Of a stretch of 32,000 bases of DNA, positions 7,803-14,928 are shown piece after piece. The stretch spans positions 1,200,001 to 1,232,000 of the forward strand of contig NC_009664.2 of NCBI RefSeq assembly GCF_000017305.1, in the 5' to 3' direction. The position numbers were made by a program, and so were the translations under genes. The stretch's first letter is position 1; every line of letters starts with the position of its first letter. The notes under the pieces are model-generated. The model was not told the DNA's origin. It saw nothing but the letters and a program-made list of their open reading frames with translations, and searched no databases. Source of the DNA: Kineococcus radiotolerans SRS30216 = ATCC BAA-149 (GTDB lineage: Bacteria; Actinomycetota; Actinomycetes; Actinomycetales; Kineococcaceae).

Positions 7803-10154
7803 TCACCCGTATACCTCAGCGCCCCCGTTCGCGTATAGGAGATCCTTTTCTCGATCGAGGAGCCCGAGCGGGTAACGGTAAGTGATCAAACTCCCCTTGA
7901 AGTTGATCGTCGAGATGCCCTTCTCCATCGTGGGAGTTCCGAGGAACACCAACGCGTCCGTCCGCACTAGAGGGGGGAAGATGTCTGTCGCCTTAGGCAG
8001 GGGTAGGACCGATCGCACACGGTTGATCGTGTATCGATCCGAGGAGATGTCCACCTGGACGTTGTCACGAGCAGACTTCTCCGCCTCTCGACGGAGCCAC
8101 TCGGTACCTGCGATCTCCCGGGCGTTGACGTAGTAGATGTTGTAGTACAGCCCCGAGTTGTTGAGGTAGAGCTGCGGGGAGAAACCACCGAGGACCTGCG
8201 ACGATGCGCCGGAGAGAGCCGGCAGGAGCCCGATCAGTAAGGCCGCAGGAAGCACTGCACCCGCCCGTCTGCCCAAGAGGCTGCAGAGCTGAGTCACGCC
8301 AAGAGCCATCACGGGTGCCAGCACGAGCAGGGCTTGCTGCAGGGCTCTGAAGACTCCGTACTCCACGGAGAGGGCGGGCAGGACGGCGATCACCGCAACC
8401 GTCGCTGCTCCCCCAACAGCGAGCCCGTACACCGCTCCTTGGTCGTTCCCGCCGGAGGAGCGTCGCCGCCAAGCCATGACGAGACCCAGCAGGATCAGGA
8501 CCTGGAAGCCCGCGGCAGCCGACCGTTTCACGGTGTAGCTCACCGTGTAGAGGTCGACTCCCCGGTCCTGGATCAGCCTGCCCACCGGGCTCACGGGCAC
8601 CACTTCCTCCGGCGCCTTGGTCACCGGGTAGGCCGAGAGGACGTCCAGCGGGAGGTACTGCCCTTGCGCTCGCTCGGCGGCAGTACCGCTCAGCGACTCC
8701 TCCTCGTACTCGGCGAGTAGCTCATCGTTGCTCGGCCTAGCCGCTGACCACAGCGCGTACGAAGTGTCGGCGGAACGATCCGCCGGGGACCCGGTCAGCT
8801 GTGCGACCGTCGCACTCAAGGATTCACGGACCTGCCCACCGGTGTGCGTGACGGGGCCGGCCCATAAGTAGGCCGCTGCCGCGAGCACTGCGACCTCGAG
8901 TAGTCCGAATCCGAACCTCCCGCCCAGCGCGTTCTGGACCCGGGAGTCGTTCCGCCGGCCCACGGGCAGCCTCAGGCCGACCATTCGCACACAGAGAGCG
9001 CCCAGCATGATCAGGATGAGGACGTAGGTCGTCGAGTAGTGGGAGAGGACGCTGGCGATCGAGAGGCACGTGATGGTCGCGCGACGAAGCCAGAGCGGCC
9101 AGTCCACCTGAACAGCGACAGCCACCAATAACCCGACGAAGAAGAGCGCAACCTCCTGGCGGACCAGGAAAGGCATGTCGTTGTAGTACGTGGGAAAGAT
9201 CATGAAAAAGGTCGCACCCAGTACGGACATCTTCCGCCCCAGGAACCTTCGACCGATGAGGTAGACCACGATCGGGCACAGGGCGAACAGCAATTGAGCC
9301 AAGACTTTGAAGATGTACAAGCCGGGGAGGCCAGTGATGTTCTCGATGACCGTCGGGAGAATTGTGATGCTCAGGCAGGCGTTGTAGGCGTTGCGGAAGC
9401 TCGTGACGTTCCAGGCTCCAGCCGCGTTGGTGTAGGTGAACATCTGGTACTCGAACTGGATGTCGTGGCCTGTGATGAACCAGCCGCGAAGAGAGGTCAT
9501 GAGCAGCAGCGCGACACCTGCGGTGTAGATGCAGGAGATGACCACGATCTCGCGGACTCGAGCGGCAAGGACGACCAGCAGGACGAGCAGGACGAGGACC
9601 AGGGCCAGCATCACCAGCGTGACGTTGCCCGACAGGCCGTTGTTCAGGCGTGTAGGACCGGCGATGGAGAGGACCAGGACGATCGCACTGAGAGCTGCGA
9701 GCCACCGCTCCCCGCCCGACAAGGGGATCCTCCCGCCGCGAGGAAGGCCGGGCGTCGCATCGCGTCGCCAAGCGGTGAGCGCGACCGCCACCACGTTGGC
9801 GACGACGAGAAGCGGGACCTTCGAAAGGGGACGATCGATTCCGGCCAGGGGCAAGACGTAGTTCATGACGAGAGCGGGGATGACGAGCAGCAGGAGAGAC
9901 CCCGCGATGCTCAGGAGCAGCGCGAGCAGACCCCGGTCGGGCCACGGGACCTTCGAGAACAGGAGGAGGGTGGGTAGAGCGATGAGCAGCCAGACACCAC
10001 CGGCAACGTTGAGCGGTGTCCAAGGGGAGACCACGAGCACGTTGCCCACGACGATGGTGATCGCAAGGGCGACCAGAGGACGGAGAGGTGCACGGCCGAC
10101 GACCGCCAGAGCGTGACCGCTGACGGGCGGTTCGTCTTCCGTCTCAGAGCTCAT
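7803..10154 (-). CDS. 783-aa polytopic membrane protein, DUF2206-like; candidate GT-C-like transferase or non-canonical polymerase
   Basis: ATG with a GGAGAT RBS. There is a block of about 13 helices in residues 1-430, containing the acidic motif GHDIQFEYQ. A soluble insert of about 130 aa follows, then 3-4 more helices. The C-terminal extracytoplasmic domain of about 120 aa ends in LLYANGGAEVYG. Resemblance to Pfam DUF2206 (mostly archaeal) is from memory. The gene itself is solid; the family call is tentative. Confidence 0.7.
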   Translation of the reverse strand: MSSETEDEPPVSGHALAVVGRAPLRPLVALAITIVVGNVLVVSPWTPLNVAGGVWLLIALPTLLLFSKVPWPDRGLLALLLSIAGSLLLLVIPALVMNYVLPLAGIDRPLSKVPLLVVANVVAVALTAWRRDATPGLPRGGRIPLSGGERWLAALSAIVLVLSIAGPTRLNNGLSGNVTLVMLALVLVLLVLLVVLAARVREIVVISCIYTAGVALLLMTSLRGWFITGHDIQFEYQMFTYTNAAGAWNVTSFRNAYNACLSITILPTVIENITGLPGLYIFKVLAQLLFALCPIVVYLIGRRFLGRKMSVLGATFFMIFPTYYNDMPFLVRQEVALFFVGLLVAVAVQVDWPLWLRRATITCLSIASVLSHYSTTYVLILIMLGALCVRMVGLRLPVGRRNDSRVQNALGGRFGFGLLEVAVLAAAAYLWAGPVTHTGGQVRESLSATVAQLTGSPADRSADTSYALWSAARPSNDELLAEYEEESLSGTAAERAQGQYLPLDVLSAYPVTKAPEEVVPVSPVGRLIQDRGVDLYTVSYTVKRSAAAGFQVLILLGLVMAWRRRSSGGNDQGAVYGLAVGGAATVAVIAVLPALSVEYGVFRALQQALLVLAPVMALGVTQLCSLLGRRAGAVLPAALLIGLLPALSGASSQVLGGFSPQLYLNNSGLYYNIYYVNAREIAGTEWLRREAEKSARDNVQVDISSDRYTINRVRSVLPLPKATDIFPPLVRTDALVFLGTPTMEKGISTINFKGSLITYRYPLGLLDREKDLLYANGGAEVYG

Positions 10155-10220
10155 GACGCTTGATCTCCATCTTCTTCACCGAACTGGGCAGTGTCGCGCG
10201 GCGAGTCCGCCGCCCAGCGC

Positions 10221-10694
10221 TCAAGAGGACTCTCGACTTTCCACCGAGGCGTGGATGAGCAGCGACTGCTCGGGCAACGTCACCACGACCTTCAAAGGAC
10301 CTGATGGTTGAGCCCCCGTCTTGAGGGTCGCCTGCACCACTTCAGACTGACCCGGTTCGAGTACACCGGTCCGCCCTCGGAGAGCATCCACAGTGGTGGT
10401 GCCGTCGATGAGATCGGCGCTGTAGAAGAATGTCTTGGGTTCCTCGTAGTGGCTTGATACGACGATCTCGACGAGAGTTTCGCCACGCGCCTCCTCGAGC
10501 CGAGGGGCAGATCCGAAGGAGAGCTCGACGAAGTCTCGCGGGCGTTCCGTGAAGGAAAGACTGAGTTGCCGCGATATCGGGGATCTCCAAACGGTTCCCG
10601 CCACGATCAGCACTACAAGGATCAGGAGGGCAGCAGGCAACTTGCGTCGCGACAGGAGTGCCCCCGGCAGGACGCTCCTAACTTTCGAGAGCAT
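10221..10694 (-). CDS. Single-pass membrane protein with beta-rich extracytoplasmic domain (function unknown)
   Basis: 157 aa. N-terminal anchor RRKLPAALLILVVLIVAGTVW, then alternating beta-strand-like segments (LVEIVVSSHY, TFFYSADLI, LKVVVTLPEQ). Same strand and composition as its neighbours. No recognisable catalytic motif. Confidence 0.6.
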   Translation of the reverse strand: MLSKVRSVLPGALLSRRKLPAALLILVVLIVAGTVWRSPISRQLSLSFTERPRDFVELSFGSAPRLEEARGETLVEIVVSSHYEEPKTFFYSADLIDGTTTVDALRGRTGVLEPGQSEVVQATLKTGAQPSGPLKVVVTLPEQSLLIHASVESRESS

Positions 10695-10776
10695 GCTTGA
10701 AACCTACTCGCCGAGGTTCCCCTCGGTCCAACTCGAGTCGGCGAGGATTGGTTCTCTCGTGTTGGTCAACGAGGAC

Positions 10777-11556
10777 TCAGTCCAGGGCCAACGCCTTGCT
10801 CGCGGTCGTGACGTTCTCAAGGCTGACTGCGGGCTCAGGCAGGACGATCACAGAGGCATTCGCCGAGACGCGACGGGCGCGGACCCGGTGCGCCAGCAAC
10901 TGCCAACCATTCTGGAGTCCGTCCTTGGTCGCATTGAGCTTCACCTGACCGCCACGAGTGCGGTACTCGATCGAGACCTCTCCGCAACAAAAGCCCTTGA
11001 GGAACGCCTCGTTTTTGATCTCCTGCGAGAACTGCATCCCGTTCGAACGGACGTCTAGGTGCTCCCAGATCGCCCGGCGGAAGATCCACATCCCCGACTG
11101 ACTGTCCCGGAAGGGGGACCGCGGGAAGAGAGTCTTGCTCGCAGCAGTCAGGAGGTGGTTGCCGACGATGTGGGAGGTCTTCATCGCGGAATGGTTCGCA
11201 CGACCCAGTCGATTCGTCGACATGAAATCGAACCCCTGAAGCTCGAGCTCCAGGATCAACGTGGGGAGCGCATCGAAGGGGTAGGTGCAGTCCGCGTCGC
11301 CCGTAGCGATGACATCCCCGGTCGCTGCGGCGAAACCTGCGTGGTAGGCGTTTCCGTAGCCTCGATTCGGCTGGTGGACCACGATGGCCCCCAGTTCGGC
11401 CGCAATTCTCGCCGTTCCGTCCGTCGAGGCGTTGTCCACTACGATCACTTCCAGGTCCCACCCCTGCTGCCGCAGCGCCTCGGCAGGAATCTGACCGAGA
11501 ACCCGCGGCATGTTGGGCTCTTCATTCAGCGCAGGAATGACTACGGACAATTTCAT
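10777..11556 (-). CDS. Glycosyltransferase family 2, soluble Dpm1/ALG5/GtrB-catalytic-domain-like (putative polyprenyl-phosphate sugar synthase); first gene of the operon
   Basis: The ATG at 11556 is preceded by GGGGGAG (track ORF starts at 11577). Motifs seen: MKLSVVIPALNEE, VVDNASTDGT, the DxD-type motif TGDADCTYP, and QSGMWIFRR. About 259 aa with no TM segment. Confidence 0.85.
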   Translation of the reverse strand: MKLSVVIPALNEEPNMPRVLGQIPAEALRQQGWDLEVIVVDNASTDGTARIAAELGAIVVHQPNRGYGNAYHAGFAAATGDVIATGDADCTYPFDALPTLILELELQGFDFMSTNRLGRANHSAMKTSHIVGNHLLTAASKTLFPRSPFRDSQSGMWIFRRAIWEHLDVRSNGMQFSQEIKNEAFLKGFCCGEVSIEYRTRGGQVKLNATKDGLQNGWQLLAHRVRARRVSANASVIVLPEPAVSLENVTTASKALALD

Positions 11557-11807
11557 GACTCCCCCAATTTCACGCAAAAGCGCGCAAGACCGCGATCGAC
11601 TACTGCTAAATCTTCACAGCCACGTCACGAGCCCAGCAACCAGAACGCCAAAATGTGAGGGGGGTCACAGTCAAAACCTGCCCCTAGACCTTGATTTTGC
11701 GTCTCCCGGAACCTGATGGAGCATTCTTGTGACGCGAGGTGTCAGCCCGACTACATACTGTTAATAGTTTCAACTGAACACTCGTTCCCTCAGCGCCCCT
11801 GTCCTAA
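11557..11807 (-). promoter_or_regulatory. AT-richer upstream region of the glycan operon (promoter/5' leader expected here)
   Basis: This is the least GC-rich stretch in the window (e.g. ttaatagtttcaactgaaca, aaatcttcaca). It lies directly upstream of the first operon gene and is bounded by the IS right end at 11808. I could not pick a convincing -35/-10 pair by eye. Confidence 0.3.
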
Positions 11808-11846
11808 CCGAGCTCTTTCCAGGAGCGGCGTGAGGGTCGCATCCCG

Positions 11847-12475
11847 TCACGTCGTGCGGCCGTGCTGGAGGTGCAGCACGACGAGCACCGCAGCGGTGAC
11901 GACCCCAATCCATCACGGACAGGGCGTCACCTTGTGCCGAGCCCGGTAGTTCTTCAACCAAGCATTGCCCTGCTCCGCGGGCGCGGATGTGGGCGGGGAC
12001 GAGGTTGAACCGGCGTTCGTCCTCGGACAGCTCCCGGTCCTCGACCGTCTTGTGCGGGCAGGTGAGGTGGTGGTGTTCATCTTCGCAGCTCAGCTCAGCG
12101 AGGACCTCGCGGCCGGCGGCGGTGAACTCCTCCGGAGCGGGCAGCAGGTCGACCGGATCCTTGCGCAGGTGGTGTCGTGCTCACGGCCGGAGCGCACCGC
12201 TGAGACGTAAATCGACCATTCAACGGAGGCGGTGAGGACTTGGACGTCGCCGCCGTGGCGGTGACGAGGGCGCCGTTGCCGCGGGCCAGGTCAGCGATGC
12301 GGGTCGCGTCCAGCAGGTAACGGCAGATCAGGACCGCGTGGGCGAAGACCCCCGGGGCCCGGCGTCCGGTGCGGGTGCCCAGGTGGAGGCGCTGGCGTTG
12401 CAGGAGTGCGGCGATGTGCTGGACAGTGGTCCGGGAGGTGAGCAGGACGGCGGTATAGGTGGCAAGATCAGGCAC
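11847..12475 (-). pseudogene. DDE_Tnp_4-type transposase pseudogene (frameshifted, internally deleted, in-frame TGA)
   Basis: Pieces sit in three different minus-strand frames. N-terminal HTH-like piece: TRTGRRAPGVFAHAVLICRYLLDATRIADLARGNG. Core piece: DVQVLTASVEWSIYVSAVRSGREHD. C-terminal piece: LSEDERRFNLVPAHIRARGEQGNAWLKNYRARHKVTPCP-stop-WIGVVTAAVLVVLHLQH, with the TGA at 11913-11915. Total length is about 630 nt against about 800-900 nt expected. The region holding the first catalytic Asp is missing. Confidence 0.7.
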
Positions 12476-12490
12476 GGTGGAGCTCCGATA

Positions 12491-12616
12491 GCGCAGGTTG
12501 CTGCAGGAGGCTTTCCGTTTACCGGGGTTCCACCCCTGGCCGCCACCTCGGTCCTTGCGGCGGCATCGCCGACGTCACCGTCCGTGATCGTCAGGCCGCT
12601 ACCGAGAAGAGCTCAC
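12491..12616. repeat. 126-bp direct repeat, copy A (left-end region of the decayed IS)
   Basis: Aligns without gaps to 14167-14292 at a constant offset of 1676 bp, with 7 mismatches in 126 by my count (about 94%). Confidence 0.9.
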
Positions 12617-12654
12617 TGAGCACTCCGACAACCAGCCGTCAGGACGGTGCACTC

Positions 12655-13830
12655 TTGAAGGTCGTTCTCATCAGCACGTACTTCCCTCCGCACCTCGGAG
12701 GAGTCGAAGTCGTGGCAGCCGATCTCGCTTCGGCCCTTGTCCGCGCCGGTCACGACGTGACCGTCGTGACCACCGGACGCTCCGCCGAGACGGGAGCGCA
12801 CGAAGTGATGGACGGCTACCGCATCGTCCGGCTCTCCGCTTGGAACGGCATCGAGGAACGCACGGGCATACCGTTCCCCCTCTTGAGTCCATCGGCCCTC
12901 GAGGTGCTTCACCAGCTGATCTGTTCCGCCGACGTCGTGCACGTCCACGACTTCCTTTACCCCCCGTGCCACGCAGGGATCGCTCTCACTGCGCTGACGG
13001 GCCGACCGCTGGTCCTGAGCCTGCACGTCGCCCGGGTTCCCCACACCAACCCCCTGACTCAACTGGCACAAGGTCTCATCGCCGCCAGCATGGGGAGGTT
13101 TGCGGTCAAACGTGCTGCTCGAGTGATCGTGCACAACGAGAACGTCGCCGCTTTCGCCGAAAAGCTGGGAGCCCCTCCCCGCCGGATCAAGCTCGTCCGG
13201 ACAGGCGTGTCCGTGTCGGAGTTCACCCCCTCCACTCATAAGGAGAAACGCGCCGCCCTCGTGCGCTTCGGGCTACCGCTGGATCGCCCGGTGGTCCTCT
13301 TCGTCGGGCGACTGGTTCCGAAGAAGGGGTACCTGCAAGTGATCGAGGCAACGAGCCCCGACATCCACCTGGCGCTGGCAGGCAGTGGGTCACTGGATGG
13401 CGTGGTTGATCACGTGACGTGGCTGGGACCGGTCGCGCGGGGCAAACTCGTGGAGTTGTACCGGGCAGCGAGCGTCCTGGTGGCTCCTTACGATCGTGAA
13501 CCGTTCACTCTCGTGCTCCAGGAAGCCATGGCCAGCGGCATCCCCGTCATCACTACCGAAGAAGCGGAGTACCACGCTGCCGGCTTGGGCTTCCCTGCCG
13601 TCAAATTCGCTCGACGAACCAGCTCTGCCCTTCGGTCGGCCATCGACGAGGTCATGGGGGACGCTTCCTTGGCGGTCACCATGGCCCGAGCGGCTCGCCG
13701 CTACGCCGAAGAAAACTTCGACAAGAGGTTGCACGTACAGGCCGTGCTGGAAGCCTACGTCACGGCGGTCCGTCCGCGACGGCATCACGCGCGTGAAGGC
13801 GACGCTGAGGCTGGGCTTCGGCACCATTGA
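12655..13830 (+). CDS. Glycosyltransferase family 4 (divergent from the main operon)
   Basis: 391 aa with a TTG start at 12655. MKVVLISTYFPPHLGGVEVVAADLA start region. EX7E-type motif REPFTLVLQEAMASGIPVITT. Bracketed by the two 126-bp repeats. Confidence 0.85.
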   Translation: MKVVLISTYFPPHLGGVEVVAADLASALVRAGHDVTVVTTGRSAETGAHEVMDGYRIVRLSAWNGIEERTGIPFPLLSPSALEVLHQLICSADVVHVHDFLYPPCHAGIALTALTGRPLVLSLHVARVPHTNPLTQLAQGLIAASMGRFAVKRAARVIVHNENVAAFAEKLGAPPRRIKLVRTGVSVSEFTPSTHKEKRAALVRFGLPLDRPVVLFVGRLVPKKGYLQVIEATSPDIHLALAGSGSLDGVVDHVTWLGPVARGKLVELYRAASVLVAPYDREPFTLVLQEAMASGIPVITTEEAEYHAAGLGFPAVKFARRTSSALRSAIDEVMGDASLAVTMARAARRYAEENFDKRLHVQAVLEAYVTAVRPRRHHAREGDAEAGLRHH

Positions 13831-14166
13831 AGAGGAGGAACCCTCTCACCCCACCAGCAGGTCCGGCAACCCATCCCACACCCCCGCGGGGACAGCGCGG
13901 GGCCGACGTGGCGCCGCACCGGCGCAGGGACGCGCCCAGACAGCGTCAGCGGCGCCGGGCACTCGGTGGAGAACATCGCGACGGTCGCCGGCCACCCCCG
14001 CTCGGCGAGCGCCTGCCGCAGGTTCCCGCAGGACGGCACGCCGTCGTCGGGTGGGGTATCAGCACGATCCATCGGGAGGGCCCGCGGACGTCGAGGTGTC
14101 GATGACAGGCTGGCCGTCGTGCACACCGCTCATCCTGCCGCTCACACTCCCACGAGCCGCCGGTAA

Positions 14167-14292
14167 GCGCAGGTTGCTGTAGGGGGCTCTCCGTCTACCG
14201 GGGTTCCACCCCTGGCCGCCACCTCGGTCCTCGCGGCGGCATCGCCGACGTCACCGTCCGTGATCGTCAGGCCGCTACCGAGAGGAGCGCAC
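14167..14292. repeat. 126-bp direct repeat, copy B (solo IS left-end fragment next to pth)
   Basis: Same orientation as copy A. It ends 13 bp from the pth stop codon (14306-14308). The sequence inward of it (13831-14166) is unrelated to the transposase remnant. Confidence 0.9.
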
Positions 14293-14305
14293 CAGGGATG
14301 CGCGT

Positions 14306-14902
14306 TCAAGCCGGGGCGTGGAACTTCTGCTGCGCCGCTTCGAACCCCTTGATGACGAGCTCCTCCACCGCGTCGGCGGCGTCCATCACCAGGAACGGCA
14401 TGTCCTTCTTCTCCGTGCTGGAGAACTCCTTGAGCACGAAGTCGGCCGGGTCCTGCCGGCCGGGCGGGCGGCCGATGCCGACGCGCACCCGGGCGTAGTC
14501 CTTGTCGCCCAACGACTTGGAGATGGATCGGAGGCCGTTGTGGCCGCCTTCGCCGCCGCCGCGCTTGAGGCGCACGGAGCCGAAGGGGACGTCGAGCTCG
14601 TCGTGGACGACGACGAGGTGCTCGACGTCGACGTCGAAGTACTTCGCCAGTCCGGCCACGGGGCCGCCGGAGACGTTCATGTAGGACGTGGGCGCCGCGA
14701 GGACGACCCGCGGCCCCGGCGCCCCGCCGGGCGCGACGCCGAGGCGGACCTCGGCGGTGCGCGCGCCCGTGCGGTGGCGCTTGAAGGACCCCCGCGTGCG
14801 CGACGCCAGCTCGTCGAGCACCATCTGGCCGACGTTGTGCCGGGTGCGCTCGTACTCGGCGCCGGGGTTGCCCAAGCCGACGACGAGCCAGGCGTCGCTC
14901 AC
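14306..14902 (-). CDS. pth: Peptidyl-tRNA hydrolase
   Basis: 198 aa. WLVVGLGNPGAEYERTRHNVG motif. Conserved position downstream of rplY. Confidence 0.95.
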   Translation of the reverse strand: MSDAWLVVGLGNPGAEYERTRHNVGQMVLDELASRTRGSFKRHRTGARTAEVRLGVAPGGAPGPRVVLAAPTSYMNVSGGPVAGLAKYFDVDVEHLVVVHDELDVPFGSVRLKRGGGEGGHNGLRSISKSLGDKDYARVRVGIGRPPGRQDPADFVLKEFSSTEKKDMPFLVMDAADAVEELVIKGFEAAQQKFHAPA

Positions 14903-14928
14903 GGGATCAGTGCCTCAGCGGTCGAGGC

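Larger units (their letters stand above)
11808..12616 (-). mobile_element. Decayed insertion sequence, DDE_Tnp_4 / IS5-like, with imperfect terminal inverted repeats
   Basis: gagctctttccaggagcggc (11810-11829, + strand) matches the reverse complement of 12595-12614 (gagctcttctcggtagcggc) at 16/20. A further 4/6 match inward. The frameshifted transposase remnant lies between these ends. Flanking triplets are TAA (11805-11807) and TGA (12617-12619). Confidence 0.7.

Noticed and set aside
11965-12546. Small ORFs 11965..12210 +, 11987..12235 +, 12095..12475 -, 12328..12546 -, 12338..12619 + as possible independent genes
   Set aside because: They tile the decayed transposase and its left end. The minus-strand ones are frame fragments of the pseudogene and the plus-strand ones are its antisense. 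The plus-strand frame through the 126-bp repeat is interrupted by a TAG in copy B, so it is not conserved coding sequence.
12555-12654. Outward-facing promoter in the IS left end driving the GT4 gene
   Set aside because: TTGCGG at 12555-12560 has no acceptable -10 element at 16-18 nt spacing, and no TANNNT is well placed upstream of the TTG start. The idea is plausible but unsupported by the sequence.
12491-14292. CRISPR-like interpretation of the repeated 126-bp unit
   Set aside because: There are only two copies, each 126 bp long with a 1.55-kb gene-containing spacer. The unit is contiguous with an IS end. There are no short regularly spaced repeats or cas genes anywhere in the window.
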